Source: Heptranchias perlo (Eukaryota). From it: 64,000 bases of DNA. Where the stretch lies: contig NC_090350.1 of assembly GCF_035084215.1 (NCBI RefSeq), positions 27,466,001 to 27,530,000 on the forward strand. The letters are read 5' to 3'. Numbering within the stretch: position 1 is the stretch's first letter; every line of letters starts with the position of its first letter. The notes below the pieces were generated by a model that had not been told where the DNA came from, made no database searches, and saw only the letters and a program-made list of their open reading frames with translations. A program made the position numbers and the translations under genes. Positions 41,136 to 53,302 of the stretch are shown here, one piece after another.

Positions 41136-43039
41136 ATGAGAGAAAAGCAAAGAACAGAGAGCGAACCAGCAACTCAGGTCAGTCAGCTAGAGTCGCTGCC
41201 CTCTGCAGGCTCAACAGCTCAAAGCTTCTGTCGCCCTTTACATAGAATTTACAGCACAGAATGTCATTAAGTTCAGTTGGTAACACATTACAAAAGACTA
41301 AAACACTTAAAAACATGTGGGATCAATTTTGATGTCCGTTATGCCCTAAAGGTGGGCACACAAGGGGAGTATTGGACAGAGAAATTGGGTTCTGCTTGAT
41401 TTCCACCCATTTTACATCCCGCTAGATCTTGTGGTCATGCCTGGGACTGAAAGGTAGAAGTTCCCTGCTGAAGCTTGGGGGAGTCTTCATTTCAGTCTTA
41501 AGAAGGGGTAGTAGATATCTGGCCGCTCTATTTCATAGCTGGCTGGCATACCAAACCAAGTCCAAAGCTCATCCATGATACCTGGTGTCCAGGGTTGCTA
41601 GGAACGAACCAGCAGGCGGGAAGTCATTTAAAGAATACTGAATTTAACAGATAAGTGTTTTTAGGCTATTTCTGAGCGATTTTGAATTTTTTGCATGGAT
41701 AGGAGTCCTGCTGGCACTTCATCTTTCATGAGCCTTTGTGCCAGAATTCCTTATTTTTTGCCCCAAGCTCCCTTTCCTAGCACTAATGTATTTCCCAATT
41801 GGGAATACTTCAAACTAGCGTTCAAAAGGAGAGAAAATCTGATGAAATAATGCAAGGCAAGTCAGGCCCAAGAGGTGTTCTGTGTTCTCCCGTCACTCAT
41901 ATCTGCAGAGAGAAATAAGAATTCCTCACTTTGGCAGACATAGTGCTTGTGACTGCTCCTCTTCACAAAGGAACCTGCGCCAGCCAACTCCTGATGGAAT
42001 CACTACGATATGTGAATACCTGACTAATCACTATGATGAATAGTTCTTCAGAAGCACCCAATCATAGCCTGTCATGTTTTATGTGGTACTGCATGAAAAC
42101 AGCATGTCAGGGTGATCATTAGTCCAATTGGCCACACCTGCCTAAATGCCACCGACCATTTCTGCAGGCCCTGTATACCTAACTGCCAGCGACTGTGCAG
42201 ACCTGTCTTTTCAGGGTCTAGGTCAGCAGAGAGGTAGATGCAAAGCTGTGTCACCTGCCGCAAAGATACCTGTGACTGCCATGGTCTGGCATATTCAGCG
42301 ACTTTAATGATCAGCTGTGGCATAAAATCTGGCTGCACCAGCCTGCTGATCTTGAGATGGTGCTCTGGAATGGCACAGAGGGCCTTCTCGCCACTTATGC
42401 TGTATTACTTTGCCTTTACCAACAAACAAATGGTAGCATAATAGGCTGTTAGGTCACTTGTTTGCAGATGCTTGCCTGCACCTGGGGTTCCCTTTCCCTT
42501 CCTTTCTGCCTGCCACTTCTGAATTCCTGCCTCTGTAGCCTTGGTAAAGGCAGCCGATTGGTTGAAATACCTTTTTAAGGCTCACCAAAGGCTTTCTGAA
42601 TTTTTGCCTTCCTATTGTGAGATGCTCCTTTAATTGTACTCATCCATTTAAATTTCACTTACACATAATTTTAGTTTCCAATCACTAGTGTCCTTTCTAG
42701 GCCCATTTGAGTCTGCACCTGTTGCTGTGGATAATCATGCAAATTAGCTCACACCAGCAAATTGAGATCTTCTAGCAATCGATCCTTCAAGCAGGATTTT
42801 TACAAATTCTTAACCATTTAGAACTGACTTGGACCTGAAAATGAAAATCATCTCCATGATGTTTACTCATCAAACCATTTCAACTAGGCTACATGCAGCC
42901 ATCGATCATGCAAATACTTGTAGGTCAGAAGGAACAGTCAGGAACTTCCTGTACTTAACTCAGTACACAAAGTTACAACAATATTGATACAGGTTCCTCT
43001 GAAATGATACTAACCTGAGTATCCAAGAAAGCAAAGACA

Positions 43040-43385
43040 GTATGTCACTGAACCATACGGAGTAAAAATAAGCTAGGTTCAATTGCAGGCCTATTCTGAG
43101 TTACCTAATCTCAGCAGGGGTGTAGTGGTTGGAGTGTGACAATTGGCTTCAGCACCCCAGGGATAAGAAGTGGAAAATCAGCCAGGGTTCTCCTACCAGT
43201 GATCTGGACTCCTGCTGGAAAAAGCACATATGTGAATTTTGACTGGGAGCAGGATTGGGCTTGGTTGTGATGCAACCCCCATGAGTACTCCCTGACACAC
43301 ACTCTCTAGGCCCACGTATTTTTGAATGGACATTTGGATACCATGCAAGATGGTACCCCAGCATGTCAATTCATCAGAAGAGAAG
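43040..43385 (+). mobile_element. Old SINE family (related copies near 9000-9310, 11300-12470 split, 23770-23995 minus, 39390-39625 minus, 43870-44130)
   Basis: Shared motifs gctgagttagctgatctcagc, acaattggcctcag and caggattgggcttgg; reminiscent of LF-SINE-type elements, family not verified. Confidence 0.5.
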
Positions 43386-44854
43386 GGTGGGAGAAAAGAA
43401 GGAAATATTGAACAAAAATAAAATGTGCTTCAGCCATTTCACCCCCTCACTCTGGAACATTCTACTGAAGCCCCCCTGACTTGCTAATTCTCTTCCCTCC
43501 TGCAAAAGCCTCCTCAAAAATGACTTCTTCCATCTTTCTGTTGGCCACCACCCTTAGTTTTTTCTCCATTTCTCGGTGTTCGGTTATTTTCCATCTTTGT
43601 GAAGCGTTTGGGATGTTTTATTATGCTAAAAGTGCTATATGTGTAAAAACGTTTACCATGTTATAAGGAGGTACAGTATCCTCTTTTTACCCATAATTGA
43701 TTTATTTTTACAGTTCTTTAAAAATGTTACTTAAAAAAATATGTAGTCTCCTATGATGGCACATATCCTCTTTCCTTCCCGTTTACCTTCATTTACAGGT
43801 TCCCTTTGGAACTTGCATCTGCTGCATCCAGGAGGGCAGGGAAAGAGAATGAGAAACCAGGAGACCTACCAGTGGCTCAGCTGATTAAGGCAGTGAGTAA
43901 CTAACCATGACCAAGAAGATATCAGGTTGCATTGACATTCTGTACTGAGTTGCTGATTTTGGCTAGGGTAGCAACGGAAGTGCTACAATTGGCCTCAGTA
44001 CCCCTCGGAAAATCTCTAACCTTATTGCAATCCAGTGACTCTTGCTAAAAATGTGCCTGTTTGGACATCAAGTGAGGACAGGATTGACCTCAACTATGAT
44101 ATCCCAGGATAGAATAGCCTGCCAACATTGTGGGGTAGATCTTGACTTTGTGTGGAAATAAAAATCAGGAGAGATGTAAAACAGGCTGTCGACTCGCTAT
44201 CACCCGTTTTACATGGTCACATAAAGTCAAGATCTATCCCTCCCTGTGTAGGTTACATGTTGTGACCATTTGGTCCATATATTGTGGGACTGTACCCAGC
44301 AAGGAGTCAACACCTTCAGGAGGAAGGCAGGAGAGAAAACTGTTGGAAAAAGGGAGAAATAAAAAACATAGGAGACTTAAGACCAGCAATGCATACCTGA
44401 TGACATGGATATGATCCCTTCTTAAATATATCTCAATATTTCCTTTTTTTTTTACAGTAACAGCAAAAAAATGTGGAGAAATTCAAATCACAAGCTCTGG
44501 ATATGTAGGCTATAAATAACAGGCTCAAAGCAACCAAGCAGCTTTTGCAATCTGAAAATCTGCTTGTGCAGTACAGTCTGTTTTGCAAGAAATTTGCCGT
44601 CAATAAAGTGCTAGCCATTGCAAATAATTCAATTGAGAAACTGGAGTTGAATTCTGTGCAAATTGCTGGACTCAAATGTTTAAATCAACCAGCTGATAAA
44701 TGACATACAATAGTATCCTACTGTATGTAGTTGGTCAGCACAAAAATGTTTGAAGTAAGCAGACTTCCATATAAAAGGACTGGTTTTAACAATACTGAAT
44801 AAACACCCCCTATTAGAGCGCAGGATTGTGAAATATGATACTGCACTACCCGGG

Positions 44855-45216
44855 TATGGTAGTCTGGTGGTTATGTTAGTGGACTAGTAATCCAGAGGCC
44901 TGGACTAATAATTCAGAGGCCTAGACTTGTAATCCAGAGTTCAAATCCCACTACGCTGTTTGAGAATTTAAATTCAGTTGGAAAAGTAGCTGGAAATAAA
45001 AAGCTGGTATCAGTTAAAAGTTGATTGTCGTAATGTTAGTGCCCTTTAGGGAAGGAAACATGTCGTCCTTACCCAGTCAGGCCTATATGGGACTCCAGTC
45101 CCACACCAACATGTTGGACTCGTAACTGCCCTCTGAAATGGCCTAGCAAGCCACTCAATTGTATCCAACAATAAATGCCGGCCTTGCCAGCGACACCCAC
45201 ATCCCGAAAATGAATT
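44855..45216 (+). mobile_element. tRNA-derived SINE whose tail matches the 11400-type LINE
   Basis: tagtctggtgg...gagttcaaatccc head; 3' aataaatgccggccttgccagcgacacccacatccc matches the LINE 3' end. Confidence 0.7.
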
Positions 45217-45869
45217 GCAGCATGAATTGTACAAAGATTGCTTCCATTTAATTTTTTAGTTTGTAGCAAATTTTGCTGCAAAACTGTATGTACAGTATAG
45301 TACAAAAGTTAGTTTCGTAACTGAGAATAAAAGTGAACAGCAGAATTACTAATCTATTTCTCGATACACCTCGGCATTGAACAGCCATAATCGTTTTCTA
45401 AAGTTATCAGACTCTTTCCACACCACCTTTTTCCCTGTATTTTCTGGCTGCTTTTGCACCAAAAAAAGTATGGAAGCAATGAAAAAGTTTGGTGTCCTTT
45501 CATGCATAAACAGGAAACAAATCAAAACCTATGACATTTTTAGTCATGTTTTTCTCTTAAAATCTTCAAATTGCCAGGTTTTACACAAAGTTGTACAGAT
45601 TGCTTTTTAACAATAGCCTGTATCTTATGGCATGAATAGATACTGAGAAATCGTAAATGATCAGGCTAGATTTTTATGGCTGATATACATTTCATTGCAC
45701 ATTCTTAAAATAATATAAACCTTAAAATTATTCAAAAGACAACAGAATCCCCAAGGAAAAAGGTTCTTTTTAAAATCAAAATCAGTATGTTGTTTACGAA
45801 GCTCATGAGGAGTCAGTAAGGTTGGTTGTTGTTCTGGTAATGAAACTGATCTTATTTTTTTGGGGGGAA

Positions 45870-46006
45870 GAAAGCAAAATACTGAAGATGCTGGAAATCT
45901 GAAATAAAAACAGAAAATGCTGGAAACACTTAGCAGATCAGACCGCATCTGTGGAGAGAGAAACGTAGGTTTGCTGTTTCAGGTCACTGACCTTATGTTA
46001 GAACTG
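45870..46006 (-). mobile_element. Penelope-like terminal fragment with a degenerate hammerhead
   Basis: Same aaacagaaaatgctggaa...gcatctgtggagag arm as 47505; the core reads CUAACAUA instead of CUGANGA. Confidence 0.65.
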
Positions 46007-46122
46007 TTAATTCCTAAAATCTAAGTTGGAATTTTTTTAGGAGCAAGCGAGCAAGAGAACAGAAAAAAATATAAAATGTGATTAATAAGTATGACAAATA
46101 TTTAAGGTTGATACCTCGTGTC

Positions 46123-46128
46123 TTTATT
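46123..46128 (-). terminator. Candidate polyadenylation signal of the ODC-like gene
   Basis: Minus-strand AATAAA about 240 nt past the terminal TAA. Confidence 0.35.
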
Positions 46129-46366
46129 TTAGAAGTTAATTTAAAAAGAGTTTAGAAAGACTTAAGTTCAAGTATTATTGACATACAAATTCCACCTCAA
46201 CTTGCCTATTGTTTTGCAAATATTATTTCAGTTTTGGAGTTTTATAAACGAAGGTTTCCTACATTTGTGTGAAAACATATTGGCCTTGTTTTCAGTTTCA
46301 TAATACAAAGAATAAAATATAAGTAAGCTTGAACTTGGCTTCAAAAGTTTAAAACACTCTGGTGCT

Positions 46367-46499
46367 TTACACATTGATTCTAGGTGAGTAAACTGGGGCA
46401 CAGGAGTTAATTGCACTTTCTCAGCCACAGTACATTGACATCACAAAGTTGCCTGTTTCTTTGAGGATGGTAGCCCACTTCGTCTTCTGGATTATTTCC
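46367..46499 (-). pseudogene. ODC-like pseudogene last coding exon
   Basis: cttag|(W)EIIQKTKWATILKETGNFVMSMYCG*ESAINSCAPVYSPRINV-TAA; matches the ODC tail SCAWES...RINV/SINV; TGA at 46423-46421 in place of Trp. Confidence 0.85.
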
Positions 46500-47089
46500 C
46501 TAAGACAATAAGAAGTTAGATTTAATCAATATTCAACTCAACAACAATCACCTTTCTCTTTGTAGAAAGAGCAGAAACACTGCAAATATCGATAGAACAG
46601 CACAATATGATAACCACAATGTATTTGATAGATTGGTTAGGGCAATTTTTGGAAGGGGTGAAAGTCTGATATTTTAAACTGGATTTATAATGGATGGTCA
46701 GAATATAGCTAGAAATTTTAATATACCAGTCTAGGTACAGTGACGTCTTTGACATCATCTTTAACTTTTTTCATTAAGAGCTTTTCTGACATAGGATTTG
46801 TTTAGTGATAGAAATTAACTTTAAATTACTATAACCAGCTATGTTGATGATGCAAGGTCAACACTACAATTGGAGACAGTAAAAAAGATTCCAATTTAAA
46901 CAATGTGGACATCTTATCAAAGTGAGGTTGCTTTAGCGAATATTTTATTTTGGATTTAAGAACAATATTGAGCAAATATCAGACTCCTGTAAATTGAAAG
47001 TAGAGTGAATGGATTCCTGGATTTAACAGAGAGGATAACATTTGAGATTTCTGGTCAATATAACTCTCTTCCTCAAGTCAAGTTCTTAC

Positions 47090-47303
47090 CATGCTGTCCT
47101 GGACAATACATAGCTTACATCAGTTTTCTGAAAGCCACTGAAGGTAGTTGAGGCAACCACAGTCTTCATGTCTTCATGTCTTCAAACAGCAGCAGCCTTC
47201 AACTTGAAGTTCAAGTAATTCCCATCGATCCACAATGCGATCCAGTCCATCACACATGGGTCCCCAAATGCCAGAGGTGTACAGTTGTTGATGGCTTATA
47301 TTT
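47090..47303 (-). pseudogene. ODC-like pseudo-exon carrying the catalytic cysteine
   Basis: KYKP/QQLYTSGIWGPMCDGLDRIVDRWELLELQVEG/LLFEDM/TVVASTTFSGFQKTDVSYVLSRTAW with several frameshifts; AG and GTAAG intact. Confidence 0.92.
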
Positions 47304-47504
47304 CTGTTTGTATATGAAATGGATCAAGTTAAATTTAAGATTCTGTGAAGATGCAGTGTAGTCTAATTAATACACTATAATAATTTCTCAACTTAGTCAT
47401 TAATAGGAATGGTCGGTGATGGTTTCCCAGAATTACATGCGAAGATGACAGGATTCCATCTGTCATTGCAGCTAATGAAGTAGAACTGGCTGAGTTAACT
47501 ATAT

Positions 47505-47998
47505 GAAAACAGAAAATGCTGGAAATACTCAGTAAGTCAGGCAGCATCTGTGGAGAAAGAAACAGAGTTAACGTTTCAGGTCGAAGACCTTTCGTCAGAA
47601 CTGGAAGAAGTTGAAGATTAAACAGTTTTTAAGCAAGTACAGAGCCAATGGTTTTGCTGTTGCCATTTACAGCTCCTCTAGACCCATCTTTTGTTTCTTT
47701 ATTTGTCCCATTAGCACCCTCCTTGCCTTGCACCATCGTCCCTTTTGTCATTTAATGACTCCTGTCCTCCACCCTATCAGAAACCTTCCCTTTTGTTCTT
47801 TCCTCCCTGCCCCGCCCCCACCCCCCCCTCCATCTTGGCCTGGCTCTATACTTGCTTAAAAACTGTTTAATATTCAACTTCTTCCAGTTCGGCCAAACGG
47901 TCTTCGACCTGAAACGTTAACTCTGTTTCTCTCTCCACAGATGCTGCCTAACTTGCTGAGTATTTCCAGCATTTTCTGTCCTTATTTCAGATTTCCAG
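47505..47998. mobile_element. Penelope-like element remnant with inverted terminal arms
   Basis: 47505-47647 is the reverse complement of about 47841-47980 (ctctccacagatgctgcc...gagtatttccagcattttctg); the arm contains a hammerhead motif. Confidence 0.75.
47566..47602 (-). ncRNA. Minimal type I hammerhead ribozyme motif
   Basis: AGUU CUGACGA A AGGUC uuc GACCU GAAAC GUU^AACU: both core boxes, 5-bp stem II, palindromic AACGUU stem III, 4-bp stem I. Confidence 0.7.
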
Positions 47999-48361
47999 TG
48001 TGTGCAGGCATAGCTAGAACCCATACGGGTCCGCAGTATTTTGCTTTAGAGTTAAATATATGTTGGACTAGGACCATCTATTTATATAACCCCATGGGAC
48101 AAAATAGACACTTAAAACAAATTGCTTTATTAAAGACTTCAGATGATGGAAGAACAACTCCTATTAGCGATGTACCCAAGGTATAACCCATTCAAGACTT
48201 TCCCATGAACGTTACTTGCTCAGTTTCATTTATAGAAATTTATCATAGTCCACTGCTGGTTCCATATCCTCTAAACCATGTTCAAAAAGTTTCATTGTAA
48301 ATGATTTCTCAGAACCCAATTCGATTGAGCATATTGAAGGAAATTATTGCGCTTAATGTAC

Positions 48362-48474
48362 TATGTGCAAGATTGGCTTCATATGTGTCTGATCATAGAC
48401 GATGCAGCTGAATGAGCCATAGACACCATCATTTACATAGTACACAATTGACTTGTCATTCCCATACTCTTCAT
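48362..48474 (-). pseudogene. ODC-like pseudo-exon
   Basis: 113 nt [37 protein letters not shown]; acceptor reads AT rather than AG. Confidence 0.9.
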
Positions 48475-49792
48475 ATAGAAAGGAAAATAACGAACACTCA
48501 TTAAAATACATGAAAGCATGTTAGGATAGGTACAATAGTATATCAGTTATATGAATATTTGAATACTACTTAAACCTACTGGATCTCCAGTGGTGTTGCT
48601 CACAAATGATCTTGGTTTTGATTTAGCTGTTAATCTGGCTTGTGCCTTTAAGGCTACTGTTGTAATAGGCAAATCCAAGAAATTGTAGCTACTTATTAAC
48701 TGCTGAGAACAAATAGAGGCCAGTTGTAATTGCTTGTAAATTTCGCATTCTAGGTCAAAGACTGGCTTTCTTTAAAAAAATGGATCGGCATTTGTAACAA
48801 AGTATGATGTCTAGTGTGTGACAGGCACTTGTGAGACATGACTTATATGCAAACATATTTATATACTGATATATTAAAAATCTTACATCTGCACACACTT
48901 CCCATCATCTTTTATAATGGTAATTGACTATGTAAATTCATCACACTATAATTATAACCTCTCCAGTGGAGCTACTGCAGTGCCACCACTGGCAGGAGGG
49001 TGTAATTAAAGTGTGACAAGTTTACATAGGCAATATCGATTATAAATGTGGACAAAAAAATTCATAATGGAAATACTGAAATATACAGAATGTAGGATTT
49101 TAAAATGGGGTCTGAATTACATCTGCACACCCTGGCTCAATTATCCTATGTATACTAATCCTGCTTCACCTAAGACTACACTTGCTGTTGGCTTCCTGTG
49201 TGCTATACCACAGCAGCTAGACTAGTAATTTAGGCAGACACCTGCCAGCAGTATTAAAATGCCCCTAACCCTGAGATCAGGAGCACATCCATAGGGCAGC
49301 CATTAGTTCTGCCTTGCTCCAGATCTGCTCCAAAAGAGCTCCCCAGGAATTTATGGGCACCTGTCTTTATTTGAGAGAAAGTCAGCTAAAAAAGGTGCAA
49401 TAATTCTTGGTCCCATATGTGGTGTTCCTGCAGAGATTTTCCTGTAGATTCCAAATGTAGTATTAGTTTCATTTATCAAGTGTGATCAGAAATTCTCATT
49501 AGACAGCGTGTAACAAACATCTGGGGCCCGATTTTACCAGGGGTGCGGGTTCCCGGCGGGTAGGCCTGCGGGCACGTACCAAACGCGCCCGGTGAAATCA
49601 GTGGGTTGCCCGCGCGATCGCAGCAGGCAATCCACTAATTGGATCCACTTACCTGCTCCTCCGGGTTCCGCGCTGCTGATCTGCACGTCGGCGGGCTGTG
49701 CATGCGCAGTAAGATCTGTCAGCTGGAGGCGCTCTATTTAAAGGGGCAGTCCTCCACTGACAGATGCTGCCACAAAAAGTAAAAATTACAGC

Positions 49793-50037
49793 ATGGAGCA
49801 GCCCAGGGGGAAGGCTGCTCCCAGTTTAATGATGCCTCACCCCAGGTATCATTAGATGGGGTGAGGAGGAGGGGGAGGACAGAGATCATCCCCCCAGCGG
49901 CCGGGAGGAAGCGGCCTGCCTCTGCCACCAAGAAGGCCTGGCCCGAGGTGGCAGAGGGGGTGAGCTGCGCCACCAACATATCGCCCACCTGCATACAGTG
50001 CAGGTGGCGCACCAATGACCTCAGTAGGTCAGCCACA
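49793..50037 (+). pseudogene. Harbinger Myb/SANT-like DNA-binding protein, first exon, frameshifted
   Basis: MEQPRGKAAP/FNDAS...KKAWPEVAEGVS...TCIQCRWRTNDL followed by gtgagg; TATTTAAA at 49735 upstream. Confidence 0.7.
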
Positions 50038-51120
50038 GTGAGGACACGTAGTCTTTCCCCTACACTCCGCCTGCCACATCACTCCCCCCACCCCACATCT
50101 CCTTCGGCACTGCCAACACTACTCTGTCACATCACCCTTCATACCCACTCAAACATCATCCTCATCTTACCTGCACCTACTCACATCGCGAGCACTCACC
50201 CCGCCACTACCACGCAACCCAATCCTCATACAATGTCATGGCTCTATCCCATACTCACCCTCTCGTGCATCTCTCTCATGGCCAGCCTCACTCAACCTGC
50301 CACCACCTGTGCTGCAGCCACAGGGCATGCATCACATATGTGCAGTAGGCAGCGTAAGGCAAACGTGCCGTGAGCATGAAGGGGATGCACAAGGGTGTTT
50401 GAGGGTCTGTCATGGTTCGTACTTCTATTGAATTAAATAACAACTCACATCACACATTATATTGGCTCCACTAGTGCCATGTCTTCGCGAATCCTGTCCG
50501 GTTTGTGCAATAATGCCCGCTCCTGGGTATCCCTATGAGGACCCACCACTGATGCCACCCAGTGTGTCACTGCAGAGTGGGTGTAGATGTATTTGCAGGG
50601 CTCATCTGCGCAGATGACTGAGAGACACCGGGGATGTCCCCGGTTGCAGCCTGGAAGGCTGTGGAGGTGCCCTCATGGGCACCGAAACACAGGGGGCGTC
50701 GGCCCAAAGCATCTACCAGGTCAGGGCATGAACAGGAGCAACCTGCCACCACCTCTGCTGGAGCCACAGGGGTAGCACCACGTAGGGGTACCAGGAAACG
50801 AGAACCCAAAGTTCCGTGAGCACACAGGGATTGCACCAGGGTGTTTGTCTATTTGTTATCTTTTTATTTCCAGTCTTTGAATGGCAACACGAAATAAAGT
50901 CACTTTTTCTCACCAATGCTGCCACCTCTTGTCCATAATTCTGTGGCTTGTGCAATATGTCCCTTCCGTGCGCCTCATCATCACGACGACCACCCCGTCC
51001 CACCCATTGGGCATAATACAGTGGGTGCAGGTGTACAGGCACCACTCTTCTGTGGAGGGAGCCTGTATGGACCCTCGTCTGCGCACGTTATGACATGTGA
51101 ACGCCTCACACAGTGTGATG

Positions 51121-52308
51121 TTAGGAGAACCATTGGCATATGAGTGCCTCCCTGGCCTGACGAGCACGCAGGTGAGTTGGTGTTCGGGCCATGGGTCGTT
51201 CCTCCTCCTCTCGCTCGTACTCCTCCTCTTCCTCCTCCCCCTCCTCCTCCTCAATGTAGGTGGTGGGTGTGCATGGGGCCTCCTCCAGCGGCACCCCTCT
51301 CTGAAGTGCTATGTTGTGCAGGGCACAGCAGACAACTATAATTCGTCCCACTCGGAGTGGCCCTATGGCCTGCTCAATTGTAGACCTGGTAGCAATGTGG
51401 CTGTCATTATATCGACGATGCGGCTCGATAATGGGGTTCCTCAGAGGTGTTATAAGCCACGTGTGCAGGGGATATCCCTTGTCGTCGAGGAGCCAGCCGT
51501 TGCCGGTGTTGGGTGCGTGGAAGAGGGGCGGGACGGTGTACTCCCTGAGGACGAAGGCATCATGGCAGCTGCCAGGGTATCTGGCGCACACGTGTAGGAA
51601 TCTCTGGCGGTGGTCACAAATGCGCTGGGCGTTCATGGAGTGATACCCTTTCCTGTTGATGAACAGGCCTGGCTCATGTGGAGGTGCCTGTATTGCTATG
51701 TGGGTGCAATCGATTACACCCTGCACCTGTGGGAAGCCAGCCACATCATGGAATCCCACCGCCCTCTCCATCTGGCTGCGCTCATCCATGGCGAGGTTGA
51801 TGTAGGTCGAGGCCCTGCGGAACAGCCCATCGGTGACCTGCCTTATGCACTTGTGTGCTGACGACTGAGAGACCCCGGTGATGTCCCCCGTGGCACCCTG
51901 GAAGGATCCAGAGGCGAAGAAGTTGAGGGCAGTGGTGACTTTGACGGTGACGGGTAAGAAGATGCCGTTTGGTCCATCCGGGAGCAGCTCGTCATTAAGG
52001 AGGCTGCGGATGTCGGCGACTACCTGGCGAGTGACTCTGAGCCTCCGTATGCACTGCTGCTCAGAGAGGTCCATGAAGCTGAGCCTCAGTCTGTAGACCC
52101 TCTGTGGAGGGTAGTGCCTCCTGCGACGCAGCTCTCTCTGCGGTTGCCCTCCCTCCTGCTGTGCAGGTGGGTGTGCCGCAGCAACGTTTTGGGGGCTCCA
52201 CGTTGATGAGGTGGACTGCGAGGCTGCTGGGGCTGGTGATGCTGTTCGTCCTCCGAGGATGTCGAAGCGGCCCCCATCTGGTAGGTGTTGGTCTGAGGGG
52301 TTGTGCAC
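51121..52308 (-). CDS. Harbinger (HARBI1-like) DDE transposase, probably defective
   Basis: ALNFFASGSFQ, GVIDCTHI, HSMNAQRICD, YPGSCHDAFVL, DKGYP, YNDSHIATRSTIEQAIG, CCALHN; the usual LKxRFRCL segment after IEQAIG is absent; true start uncertain. Confidence 0.85.
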   Translation of the reverse strand: MHNPSDQHLPDGGRFDILGGRTASPAPAASQSTSSTWSPQNVAAAHPPAQQEGGQPQRELRRRRHYPPQRVYRLRLSFMDLSEQQCIRRLRVTRQVVADIRSLLNDELLPDGPNGIFLPVTVKVTTALNFFASGSFQGATGDITGVSQSSAHKCIRQVTDGLFRRASTYINLAMDERSQMERAVGFHDVAGFPQVQGVIDCTHIAIQAPPHEPGLFINRKGYHSMNAQRICDHRQRFLHVCARYPGSCHDAFVLREYTVPPLFHAPNTGNGWLLDDKGYPLHTWLITPLRNPIIEPHRRYNDSHIATRSTIEQAIGPLRVGRIIVVCCALHNIALQRGVPLEEAPCTPTTYIEEEEGEEEEEEYEREEEERPMARTPTHLRARQAREALICQWFS

Positions 52309-52899
52309 GGTAGGTAGGTGTTTCCTCGCACTGGGGCTGCGGTTCGACGTCGGGGTTCCCTCTGGCTTGGAGGGGGTTGGTGGAGGGCAGGCGTTGCCCT
52401 ATGTGATGGAGTGGCCTCCTGCGTGGGTGAGGGGTCTCCCCCCCCACCCCCCCACCTGTGGAGTGCACCTTGGCAGCTGCCACAGGCTGCTGGCTGCAAC
52501 ACATCCGGTTGGAGTGAGACTGTTTCCCCCAGTGTGTGAAACAGTCTCGGTTGAAGGTAAAATCCCACACTTCCTATTAAGACAGCTGAATCAGGTCATT
52601 TAATGACCTCAACAAGCAAGGTAAATACACTCAAGTGGCATCCCGCTGGCTTTAATTGCCTGCGGGATTCCCACCAGTGGGGCCTGCGCACGCAGCCCCG
52701 CACGTCAGCGTGGAACCCAGAAGTGGCCGGGATCGAGGCGCGATCCAGTGACGCACCTGGATATCGCGATTTTCGACGCCCCCCCACCGGGAACGCACCC
52801 GGAACCCGCTGGTAAAATCGAGTCCCTGAAGTATGACGGACAGATAGTGTGTTATATGAAGTTTTCATAATAGTTTAGGTGGATATGGAAAATAGTAAC

Positions 52900-53061
52900 C
52901 TTCAGAGTCAGATGATCCTTGATGATCACTTTCTTAGCAATGATATTCACAGCCAATGTGAAGGATGATGCAACATAATACCGACCTGGTTCAGCAATTA
53001 TTTGCATTTCACAGCCTACAGGAAAGTACAATTCCAGTGCAGGATTGATCGCCATTGTCAT
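52900..53061 (-). pseudogene. ODC-like pseudo-exon
   Basis: 162 nt [50 protein letters not shown]; 1 nt short of the phase needed to join the next exon. Confidence 0.92.
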
Positions 53062-53224
53062 CTACTACAGCAGGAAAAAAAAATCATTTTTAAAATAAAG
53101 ATTTTAACAGCAAGAAACAAGGCTGCTTAAAGAGTTATTTCACATTTTTAAAACTCCACTAAATTATTCAAATAATTTAAACTCCACATGGAGATAGATT
53201 TTTAGAACAGATCATTTCACCAAC

Positions 53225-53302
53225 CTCCTCAAACTTAATTTTGGCACTATCAGAGCCAGGAAAACCACCTCTGAAATCAAGCACGTGATGTCCAAGTTCA
53301 GG
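53225..53302 (-). pseudogene. ODC-like pseudo-exon (glycine loop)
   Basis: 78 nt PELGHHVLDFRGGFPGSDSAKIKFEE; the GGG loop reads RGG and the exon is 2 codons short. Confidence 0.88.

Larger units (their letters stand above)
49524..52825. mobile_element. PIF/Harbinger DNA transposon, 3.3 kb, in an ODC-like pseudogene intron
   Basis: TIRs GGGCCCGATTTTACCAG and (reverse complement) GGACTCGATTTTACCAG; CTG duplicated at 49521-49523 and 52826-52828; convergent Myb-like and transposase genes. Confidence 0.93.

Noticed and set aside
50567-52868. Many overlapping ORFs inside the Harbinger as extra genes
   Set aside because: Expected in GC-rich DNA; only the transposase and Myb-like frames show family motifs.
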